Shown: positions 34,019-40,890 of the stretch, piece by piece | How the letters are laid out: the number at the start of each line of letters is the position of its first letter | Position numbering within the stretch: the stretch's first letter is position 1 | From: a virus | Direction: 5' to 3' (one strand) | Length of the DNA stretch: 41,009 nt | Virus record (IMG/VR): IMGVR_UViG_3300045988_051111 | Program-made: the position numbers and the translations under genes | The notes under the pieces: model-generated | What the model saw: only the letters and a program-made list of their open reading frames with translations | What the model was told of the DNA's origin: nothing | The model's database searches: none

Positions 34019-34103
34019 AGTGTATTTAATTAACTACACTCATGTCTTCAATTGTATACATCTTCACAGTTCGCGCACAAGTTGGTATTTAATTGGCTAT
34101 ACT
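34019..34103. promoter_or_regulatory. Genetic switch: two related 22-bp operator-like sites plus divergent promoters
   Basis: O1 at 34019-34040 (AGTGTAtttaattaacTACACT, palindromic). O2 at 34082-34103 (tTGGTATTTAATTggCTAtACT). Lytic promoter TTGAAG (34046-34051) with TTAAAT (34024-29) on the minus strand. TATACT (34098-34103) lies 6 nt before the repressor ATG. Confidence 0.55.
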
Positions 34104-34109
34104 GGAGGC

Positions 34110-34472
34110 ATGGGAAGCAAAGCAAACGAAATGACACCACTCGCAACACAGATCATGCGCGAGTGCATCAGACTCCAAAAAGCCAGCGGTATGACTGTCG
34201 CCGATTTCGCCAAGGCCTGCGGCTTCAGCCGCGACTACTGGTACAAGCACGCGAACCTCAGCCGACCGCTGAATATCGGAGATCTGGAACGCATCAGCCA
34301 AGTGACAGGAATCTCTCCTGGCGATATCGTGATGAACTCTCAGCGCCATGCGGTCGAAGCCACCGAGAGGAAAGCGCAGGCAGGCGGTTATGGTCTTGCC
34401 GCGTACAGGGAAGACGGCAAGCAGGAGGCTATTAATGGAGAGGCTGGGCCGGATTACGACGAGCCTGCCTGA
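34110..34472 (+). CDS. XRE-family CI-like repressor, 120 aa (probably leaderless)
   Basis: HTH sequence MTVADFAKACGFSRDYWYKHAN. Divergent from the early operon. The -10 box ends 6 nt before the ATG. Confidence 0.75.
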   Translation: MGSKANEMTPLATQIMRECIRLQKASGMTVADFAKACGFSRDYWYKHANLSRPLNIGDLERISQVTGISPGDIVMNSQRHAVEATERKAQAGGYGLAAYREDGKQEAINGEAGPDYDEPA

Positions 34473-34905
34473 CCTGCCGATAGACCGCCGTATGACCTAT
34501 GGCGCGATGCGCCGCGCGATCGTCGGCCTGCCCGTCACCATTTCAAGCGCCCTGCTGCCGAATGGATTGTGGGGCTGCTACGACAATGAAAACCGCGTCA
34601 TACTGATTGATCGACGGCTCACGTACACGGCCAAAAGGTGCGTGCTCACGCATGAGCTGTTGCACTGGCGGCATGGCGACGCCGGTTGTTCGAACGATCG
34701 TTCGAAGCGGGAACGACGGACGAGATGGCAGACCGCGCGCCTGCTCATCGACCCGGCAGAACTAGCATTGGCGGAACGCATGTACGACGATGACCTATGG
34801 TCGATAGCCGATGAACTCAACGTGACCACGCAGGTGCTCACGGACTACCGAGCCACGCTCAACACATCGCCAAACAGAATCAAAGAAAGGTTTTTCAATG
34901 CGTAA
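34435..34905 (+). CDS. ImmA/IrrE-family HExxH metallopeptidase (repressor-cleaving type), 156 aa
   Basis: HELLH motif. Adjacent to and overlapping the XRE repressor. AGGAGG RBS. Confidence 0.7.
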   Translation: MERLGRITTSLPDLPIDRRMTYGAMRRAIVGLPVTISSALLPNGLWGCYDNENRVILIDRRLTYTAKRCVLTHELLHWRHGDAGCSNDRSKRERRTRWQTARLLIDPAELALAERMYDDDLWSIADELNVTTQVLTDYRATLNTSPNRIKERFFNA

Positions 34906-35485
34906 GAAAATCATTGCCATCACAGCGGCGACGCTTCTCCTGGCGACGGCCTGTGGCTGCGGAAGCCAGCAGGAGCCGGCCCCCACGACGGCCAAGACGC
35001 CGGACGTCAGCGCACAGCAGGAGAAGCCACAACAACAGGCAGCCGAGAAGACGGCGCAGAGCTTTGTGGATGAGTTCAACGCGAACTCCTCGACACCGAT
35101 AACCGACGTCGAGAAATTCACGCCGAGTGATGCGAACGGCCCCTATTATCGGACGGAGTATCGCACCGGCGCTTTCTCCGACGCGGACGCGCTCCACGGA
35201 AAGCTAGGTCAATTGTCGGTGGACGTATTGGTCTATGGCGCAGTGCTTGGATACGGGGAGAACGATATGATCCGCGTCTACGTCGATGGGCCGCATGATG
35301 AGATCGACGGCGTATTCCCCATCATGGCGAAGACGCTTGATCCGTCGCTCTCCGATCAGGACATCCAAAGTCAGCTGGCGAAGGAGTATCCGTCCAATGA
35401 TCTTGTTTACGCCGAGACGCATAAGTTGATCGAGAGCGCTTATATCGATGGCGATCATGCGTTTCTTGATGCGAAAATCAACTAG
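34898..35485 (+). CDS. Lipoprotein, 195 aa (candidate superinfection exclusion)
   Basis: Signal peptide MRKKIIAITAATLLLATAC with a lipobox-like LATAC. Lies in the lysogeny operon. Confidence 0.7.
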   Translation: MRKKIIAITAATLLLATACGCGSQQEPAPTTAKTPDVSAQQEKPQQQAAEKTAQSFVDEFNANSSTPITDVEKFTPSDANGPYYRTEYRTGAFSDADALHGKLGQLSVDVLVYGAVLGYGENDMIRVYVDGPHDEIDGVFPIMAKTLDPSLSDQDIQSQLAKEYPSNDLVYAETHKLIESAYIDGDHAFLDAKIN

Positions 35486-35594
35486 CGGCACCTTATAAGA
35501 AGAATGTTAAAACTTGTAGAGTCTTATATATGTGTAATTGAGATTACATCATTCTTAGGGATTCTATTACTTCAAATTCTCTCCGTTGTGTAAT

Positions 35595-35624
35595 TTGACT
35601 TCCCCGCTGGAATGTGCTTATAAT
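35595..35624 (+). promoter_or_regulatory. Consensus-type promoter TTGACT-18 nt-TATAAT
   Basis: Read directly. Located in a visibly AT-rich island upstream of 35737..36234. Confidence 0.55.
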
Positions 35625-35736
35625 TCCGGCAACAAAAGAAAAGGCCCTTGGGACTGTTCCAGAGTCCCAAGGGCAGACGGAAAACCAGCTAGATTCTCCA
35701 TGCACCAGCATACTGCAAGGCGTGGAGGGAAAGACG

Positions 35737-36234
35737 TTGGAAGAGATGGGATACCAGAACGCGCAAGCCGTATACGACATCAGCCGCACCGGAAGACTGG
35801 CGAAAAAACGCGGAGAAAACCTCACCGTGTACGCCATGGCGCAACTTGTGCTCGGCTACATGGCGATCAACACCTACGACTGGGACCGCGAACACAACCA
35901 GCCACCGGAGAAACTGCGCAAGGTCAACGCGCCGTGCCGCTACTACACGCTCGGCTGGCGCGCAATAGCCGACGCATACGGCATGATTCTGCTCACCCCG
36001 GAACAAGCCATGAGTGATAATGCCGACGGGGAAATGGAGAAACGCGAGAACACCATCCGAAAGAACATCAGCAACGCATGGGTGTTCCTTCAGGAGCGTG
36101 GCGTGATCAAGAAGCTGGAACCCGCTTCGCTCGGCAAGAACGCGGGCTTCCTCCTGCTGCTTGGCGACGACGAGGAGAACCGGGCGGTGGAACGGTGGGC
36201 ACGCCAATGCCTCGGACTACCAATGATCTGGTGA
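35737..36234 (+). CDS. Hypothetical wHTH-like protein (moron next to attP), about 165 aa
   Basis: Lies in ORF 35614..36234. Start is TTG 35737 (after GGAGGG) or ATG 35746. The C-terminus NAWVFLQERGVIKKLEPASLGKNAGF is winged-helix-like. Confidence 0.5.
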   Translation: MEEMGYQNAQAVYDISRTGRLAKKRGENLTVYAMAQLVLGYMAINTYDWDREHNQPPEKLRKVNAPCRYYTLGWRAIADAYGMILLTPEQAMSDNADGEMEKRENTIRKNISNAWVFLQERGVIKKLEPASLGKNAGFLLLLGDDEENRAVERWARQCLGLPMIW

Positions 36235-36248
36235 GCAGTGCCCATCCG

Positions 36249-36268
36249 TGCCCACATTTTGCCCACGT
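36249..36268 (+). repeat. 20-bp direct repeat tgcccacattttgcccacgt, copy 1 (candidate integrase arm site)
   Basis: Identical copy at 36459-36478, flanking the attP core. Confidence 0.7.
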
Positions 36269-36342
36269 CCTTGCGGTAATTGCAGTGATTTGGAGTGAAT
36301 TGCAGTGAATTGGGAAGTGGCGGGAACCGTTGGAAATAAAGG

Positions 36343-36368
36343 AAAAGCCGCCATTTCCGGCGGCTTTT
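36343..36368. terminator. Bidirectional intrinsic terminator
   Basis: Stem aaaagccgcc/ggcggctttt with loop atttcc. T-tracts on both strands. Confidence 0.65.
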
Positions 36369-36374
36369 GAATCG

Positions 36375-36399
36375 TGGAGTCGCGGGGAATCGAACCCCG
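36375..36399 (-). other. attP core candidate: 3'-terminal fragment of a tRNA gene (T-arm + acceptor 3' strand)
   Basis: The minus strand reads CGGGGTTCGATTCCCCGCGACTCCA. No matching 5' acceptor (GGAGTCG) or cloverleaf lies upstream, so this is a fragment and not a gene. Confidence 0.6.
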
Positions 36400-36458
36400 T
36401 ACGGTCTTGTCTTAAAAACGTTGAAAACATGCGGTTTTTAAACGTTTATTGCGTTTTT

Positions 36459-36478
36459 TGCCCACATTTTGCCCACGT
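36459..36478 (+). repeat. 20-bp direct repeat, copy 2
   Basis: Identical to 36249-36268. Confidence 0.7.
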
Positions 36479-36522
36479 GTCACCAGACCATTGGCAGTCC
36501 GAGGCATTGGCGCGCCCACCGC

Positions 36523-37653
36523 TCAAGCCGCCAGACTCCTACCCTCACCAATCGCCCGCACCAGCAATCCATCCATCGCATCGCCGACGGCATCCAAATC
36601 ATCGTCGAACAGATCCGCATACACGTCCAAGGTCATGGTCGCGCTCTTATGCCCCAGCTGCCTTTGCACCGCCTTGACATTCGCGCCGGCATGCACCAGC
36701 AACGACGCGCACGTATGCCGCAGGTCGTGGATCGTCATCGAGTCCGCGATCTCGTCACCGAGACTGCGCTTCTTCGCCCAGTAAAACCAGCTCGACGTGC
36801 TGCAGGGCCCGTGCGTCTTCCGCAGATACGAACCGGTGCGCCTGTCGGGAAAAAGCAGGTCGGACTGCCGACGGCCATCGCAGGCCTCCTCAAGGCATGA
36901 CTGCAGCATGCGCGGGAAGATGACGGTGCGCTCCTCCCCTGTCTTCGGTGCGTCCACCACGATCTGATGATTGACCTCGGTGGCGGACCTGCGCACATGG
37001 ATGCGCTGCCTGTCGAGATCCACGTCACCGACCTGCAGGCCCACCAATTCGCCCCAGCGCAGACCACACAATCCAAGCGTGAGCACTATCGGCCTGCGCC
37101 AGTCCGAGGCGTCGGCCAGTGCCAGCAATTGGTCGATCGAAAGATAGACGTGCTTCTTCCTCCGCTTGCGCGGCAATTCGAGACCATCACAAGGATTGTC
37201 GTGTATGCACTTGTCGGCCTTGGCTTTTGCGAGCAGTGCGCGGAGGATGCCTTCGGCGCGGAGCACGACGCTCGCGCTTTTCGATTCGGCCAGTGCGCTG
37301 ACCCACATCTGCACTTCGTCGTGGGTGATGGACTGGACCTCGCGCATGCCCCATTTCGGTGCCACGTGCACGCGCCAAGCCCGTTCCAGCGTCTCGATGT
37401 AGCTTGGTTTGGCCTTGGTCTTTTTGGCGGCCAGCCATGGCTCCCATAAGTCTTCGACCAAGCGTCTTCCGGCCTGTGGGTCGATGTATGCTCCGACGCT
37501 TTTCGCGGTGGTCACGTTGGCCGCGCCCCATGCGTCGGCGTCCATCTTGCGGCGGAATCCTCTTTTGCCTGTGGGCGTGCCGTCCGGCTTACGGTAGCGC
37601 ACTTCGTAGCGTTTGCCGCTTTTCGTCGCGTATTGGCGGATTGTGTAGGCCAT
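36523..37653 (-). CDS. int: Tyrosine integrase (phage integrase family), 376 aa
   Basis: N-terminal SAM-like domain. Catalytic region includes ...LRWGEL..., HDLRHTCASL, LGHKSATMTLDVYADL. Confidence 0.95.
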   Translation of the reverse strand: MAYTIRQYATKSGKRYEVRYRKPDGTPTGKRGFRRKMDADAWGAANVTTAKSVGAYIDPQAGRRLVEDLWEPWLAAKKTKAKPSYIETLERAWRVHVAPKWGMREVQSITHDEVQMWVSALAESKSASVVLRAEGILRALLAKAKADKCIHDNPCDGLELPRKRRKKHVYLSIDQLLALADASDWRRPIVLTLGLCGLRWGELVGLQVGDVDLDRQRIHVRRSATEVNHQIVVDAPKTGEERTVIFPRMLQSCLEEACDGRRQSDLLFPDRRTGSYLRKTHGPCSTSSWFYWAKKRSLGDEIADSMTIHDLRHTCASLLVHAGANVKAVQRQLGHKSATMTLDVYADLFDDDLDAVGDAMDGLLVRAIGEGRSLAA

Positions 37654-37779
37654 GCTCGCCCCTTCGTTTGCGTGGCATCAAGTCTATCAATCCGTTGATT
37701 TTTTCTGTTTTTCGTGTTTCGGCTTGCGTTACTTTATTTACTGTGCTAATATAGTTTATATCAAGGAAAGGAGGTGAAC

Positions 37780-37899
37780 ATGACACCATCGGAGATAATC
37801 ACCAGCGTCTCGCTTCTCGTCGCGAGCATCGCGGCCCTCATCAAAGCAGTGACCGGACTCATCAAGGAGATGAGGCGGAAGCCGAAGAGGAAAAAGTGA
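37780..37899 (+). CDS. Small single-TM protein, 39 aa
   Basis: Strong RBS AAGGAAAGGAGGTG. Sequence MTPSEIITSVSLLVASIAALIKAVTGLIKEMRRKPKRKK. Confidence 0.5.
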   Translation: MTPSEIITSVSLLVASIAALIKAVTGLIKEMRRKPKRKK

Positions 37900-37947
37900 G
37901 AAAGGGTTCCGGCCAGTCGTAGGGGCCGGAACCCCATATCTCCGATT

Positions 37948-38103
37948 ATGCCATGGGACATCATGAGAACGGAATCGATAGTCAGCGCGGTATTCGCGCT
38001 CGGAACCGCCGCCAGCGCATGGTTCGGCTGGCCGTTCACCCTCACCGCCGGATGCGCCATCGTCAGCGCCGTCTTCGCGCTCATCGCCGGAAGGAAGGAC
38101 TGA
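37948..38103 (+). CDS. Small two-TM protein, 51 aa
   Basis: Hydrophobic ORF ending in TGAcATG just before the next gene. Start is 37948 or 37963. Confidence 0.4.
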   Translation: MPWDIMRTESIVSAVFALGTAASAWFGWPFTLTAGCAIVSAVFALIAGRKD

Positions 38104-38104
38104 C

Positions 38105-38311
38105 ATGCCCATCGAATACCTGAGCGTCACCGACGTGGCCAAGCGCCTCGGCATCAGCACCGCCGCCGTCAGCGCCTACAAGCTCCCCCAGCCGGACGCC
38201 ACCATCGGACGCACGCGCGGCTGGCTCCCCGGCACCATCGACCAATGGAACGCGCAACGCCCCGGACGCGGAGTCGGCGGTGGCAGGCCGCGCAAGCATC
38301 CGGCGGAGTGA
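38105..38311 (+). CDS. Xis-like HTH_17 DNA-binding protein, 68 aa
   Basis: LSVTDVAKRLGISTAAVSAYKLP...WLPGTIDQW is an excisionase-type HTH. Lies close to int. Confidence 0.6.
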   Translation: MPIEYLSVTDVAKRLGISTAAVSAYKLPQPDATIGRTRGWLPGTIDQWNAQRPGRGVGGGRPRKHPAE

Positions 38312-38314
38312 CGT

Positions 38315-38348
38315 CCGCCCCGGCGCTCATCCGCGAGCGCCGGGGCGG
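38315..38348. terminator. Intrinsic terminator between convergent genes
   Basis: 14-bp stem ccgccccggcgctc/gagcgccggggcgg. Followed by ttttgttgtt on the plus strand. Confidence 0.7.
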
Positions 38349-38373
38349 TTTTGTTGTTGGAGGTTGGATGTTG

Positions 38374-38928
38374 TCAGTCTTGGATCGATGGGTGGAACTG
38401 TGCCGTGTTCAGGTATTTGATCGAGACTACATGGTGGATCTGGGTTCCTGGCATTTTTTCCTTGGCCGCGTTCCCCTTGCGTAGGGATTGCGGATAGTAG
38501 GGGCCGTCCTCTCCGCTTCTTCCGAGGCCGATGCACCAGACTGTGTTTCCCATGTAGAGGCGTATCCGGCTGTTGCCTGATTCGACCACCATGGATGCGT
38601 CGTTCAGTGCGAATGCGCTGGCTATCACGTCGGTCTTCCTCGCGAGCCATCGCGCGTCTCCGGTGGGCGCGACCCTTTTCACCGAGATCCCATGGCCGGA
38701 CAGGAGGTCGGTGTACAGGCGTCGGGCGGGAAGTCTGCGGGTGCGGTTGTCGTCGGCGTAGTATTCCAGGCCGCATAGGTGGGCGAAGTTCGAGGCCTTC
38801 CATTGGATGTCCAGCGTCATCCCGTCGTCGCACGCGATTCTCGTGATCGTTCCGACGAGATTGGCGTATAGTCGGGCTGCCTTTCGGGCCTCGCCAAGCA
38901 TCCGCCGCTTCGCCTCGGTCACGTTCAC
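38374..38928 (-). CDS. PBECR4-like (phage Barnase-EndoU-ColicinE5/D-RelE-like) putative nuclease, 184 aa, GTG start
   Basis: Pattern ...DIQWKASNFAHLCGL... and C-terminal ...YYPQSLRK... recalled from the PBECR4 family. GGGAGGA RBS. Confidence 0.45.
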   Translation of the reverse strand: MNVTEAKRRMLGEARKAARLYANLVGTITRIACDDGMTLDIQWKASNFAHLCGLEYYADDNRTRRLPARRLYTDLLSGHGISVKRVAPTGDARWLARKTDVIASAFALNDASMVVESGNSRIRLYMGNTVWCIGLGRSGEDGPYYPQSLRKGNAAKEKMPGTQIHHVVSIKYLNTAQFHPSIQD

Positions 38929-38955
38929 GCCCGGAATCCTCCCAGAAAATTAAAA

Positions 38956-38980
38956 GAGGGGCGCCGACCAAGCGCCCCTC
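38956..38980 (-). terminator. Intrinsic terminator/attenuator directly upstream of the PBECR4-like gene RBS
   Basis: 9-bp stem gaggggcgc/gcgcccctc. On the minus strand it is followed by cttttaattttc. Confidence 0.55.
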
Positions 38981-39341
38981 CGAAGCCGTGTGGCTGATCT
39001 TTTTACAGTCTTCTGCATGACTAGCGTCCCGTTTGCGCGGGAAGGGTCACGGCTCCGGTTGGTCTCAACCGTCTGGCCCAGCCGTTGGGCGAGACATCCA
39101 GCTCTCGCTGATGGCGCATCGACTCGCCATCGGATGCCTGCGGCAGCCAGCCACACGCTTCGAACCCGAAACCCTGCCCACCAGCAAAGCAGGTCCGGGT
39201 CTCAAGTTCGATTGCAACGATACCCCATGACGGCGGACATTCGTCTCGCCGTGAGCGTGATCCGGACGGTATTCGCACAAAACCACCGGGCCGCCGCGAC
39301 GGCGGCGGACGACCACGCAAACACGCCGAATAACAAGAAAA

Positions 39342-39372
39342 GCCCCTCCCCCAGCAATGCTGAGAGAGGGGC
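39342..39372 (-). terminator. Intrinsic terminator downstream of the lysis cassette
   Basis: Stem gcccctc...gaggggc with inner stem cagc/gctg. On the minus strand it is followed by ttttcttgtta. Confidence 0.5.
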
Positions 39373-39485
39373 GATGTTTCATAAGGGCGCAAAATATTCG
39401 TTTATGGGTTATCCATGCGATATTTCACACCTGAGTTTGATTTCCGGGCGCGAGTTTCAGTTTCACGCCCGGAAATTAATCACGG

Positions 39486-39767
39486 TCAGGCGTTGCGCAG
39501 CGGATTGTAGGCGACGCCAAGACCGCTGGCGATGAAGCCGGCCACGGTCGAGATGTAGCCGCCGATGGCCGCGTCACCGAAGGTCATGAAGCCAAGGCCG
39601 ACGCACGAAGCGATCAGACCCAACACGTAGACGACGGTGCGCACCTGCTTCGAGAATACTGGCGTGTACGCGCTGTCGGGCTGCACGGTGTCGGTGCCGT
39701 CCTCACGCTCGTCGGTGAGATTGGCGATGGCGGTCTCCAGAGTGTTCTCTTTTGCATGCTCAGCCAT
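39486..39767 (-). CDS. Holin-like two-TM protein, 93 aa
   Basis: GAAAGGAAGGTGG RBS. Two TM spans (VVYVLGLIASCVGLGFMTF; GGYISTVAGFIASGLGV). Immediately after the endolysin. Confidence 0.65.
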   Translation of the reverse strand: MAEHAKENTLETAIANLTDEREDGTDTVQPDSAYTPVFSKQVRTVVYVLGLIASCVGLGFMTFGDAAIGGYISTVAGFIASGLGVAYNPLRNA

Positions 39768-39783
39768 TAACACCACCTTCCTT

Positions 39784-40587
39784 TCAGGCTTTGACGAGAT
39801 ACCAGGTTGACTTGTCCGCCGGGGCCAGCGCGATGTACCGGATGGCGCCGGAATACGCCGTGTAGCGGCCCCAGATGTAGCCGTCCGCGACCGTGCCCCA
39901 ATGATCCAGATTGACGGTCTGGCCGTTGGAATAGGTGGCGACCACATTGCCGGAAACGCTCGGACGGTCGCGCACGTTGAGCCCGCCCACGTTCACACGG
40001 TACGTGCCCTGCAGCACGTTTGCGGCGGACGATGCCGTGGCGGGCTGCGTCGGCTGGACGGTCGGCGTCGGCGCAGTCGCGCCGGTCATCCTGTCATACC
40101 ATGCCTGCGCCTTGGCCATGTAGGCCGCGTTCTGGCTTCCTGCGATGGATGCGGGGCAGGCTGTCGCGGAGAAATGGCTGTGCGGGAAAACGTTGACGCC
40201 CCACTGAGGGCGTCCGAGGCCGAAATGCTTGCAGAGCGCGGCCACCAGATGCGCGCCGTTGTCCAAGGTCGCTTCGGAGATCATCCACGGACTGGACGAG
40301 ATGTCCGCATGCTCCACGCCGATGGACGTGAGGTTAGCGTCCCAATCACCCGAATGCCATGCGGTATCCGTATCCCAGACGAGCTGCGTAACCCTGCCGT
40401 CCGCCGCCACCTGATAGTGCGCGCTGGCCTCGCGGGTCTGCCACGTGTTGTAGCAGTCCCTGCCGGTCAGGTTGCCGCAATTATGATGCAGAACGATCTT
40501 GTCGACCTTGCATCCCTGACGGCCCTTGGTCATGTGCGTGGAGAGGATGAGATCCTCGTCCGCTTCCAGATTCTCCCATGATTTCAT
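39784..40587 (-). CDS. Endolysin: N-acetylmuramoyl-L-alanine amidase (Amidase_2/PGRP-type) + C-terminal SH3-like wall-binding domain, 267 aa
   Basis: IVLHHN...AHYQV...WHSGDW...HSHFSATACP amidase_2 pattern. Thr/Pro linker. SH3b-like YRVNVGGLNVRDRPS... Confidence 0.85.
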   Translation of the reverse strand: MKSWENLEADEDLILSTHMTKGRQGCKVDKIVLHHNCGNLTGRDCYNTWQTREASAHYQVAADGRVTQLVWDTDTAWHSGDWDANLTSIGVEHADISSSPWMISEATLDNGAHLVAALCKHFGLGRPQWGVNVFPHSHFSATACPASIAGSQNAAYMAKAQAWYDRMTGATAPTPTVQPTQPATASSAANVLQGTYRVNVGGLNVRDRPSVSGNVVATYSNGQTVNLDHWGTVADGYIWGRYTAYSGAIRYIALAPADKSTWYLVKA

Positions 40588-40612
40588 ATGTTTCCTCCTT
40601 TTTTGATGGTTT

Positions 40613-40846
40613 TTACGCGAAGACGAGCGTCCACATCACGACGGCCATCTCCAGCAGTCGCAGGAGCGGCAGCATGAGCAGGATGACGCAGACGATTGTG
40701 AACGCGCCCAGAAGCAGCGTCACGACACAGACGAGCCATACCGGCACGTCATGTCCGCGCCACAGCAGCCACGCCACCGCAAGCAGCAGCACGACGAACA
40801 CGGCGGCCACGGACGTCAAAGCGAGCATGCTAGACGTCATCGCCAT
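40613..40846 (-). CDS. Hydrophobic 2-3 TM protein (holin/lysis-associated), about 77 aa
   Basis: Almost entirely TM segments. Immediately upstream of the endolysin. Confidence 0.55.
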   Translation of the reverse strand: MAMTSSMLALTSVAAVFVVLLLAVAWLLWRGHDVPVWLVCVVTLLLGAFTIVCVILLMLPLLRLLEMAVVMWTLVFA

Positions 40847-40890
40847 CACCCCACAACGCCGTCAACGGCATGCCTTTGTCGAGGATGCCC

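Noticed and set aside
36375-36440. Possible complete tRNA gene
   Set aside because: Only the T-arm and 3' acceptor strand are present. No complementary 5' acceptor strand, D-arm or paired anticodon stem lies upstream on the minus strand. I interpret it as the attP core.
38990-39535. 181-aa plus-strand ORF, with overlapping minus-strand ORFs 39021-39392 and 39065-39382
   Set aside because: They have no RBS. The translations are Arg/Pro/Ser/His-rich with no domain-like pattern, and the ORFs run through terminator hairpins. I treated the region as non-coding or of unknown function.
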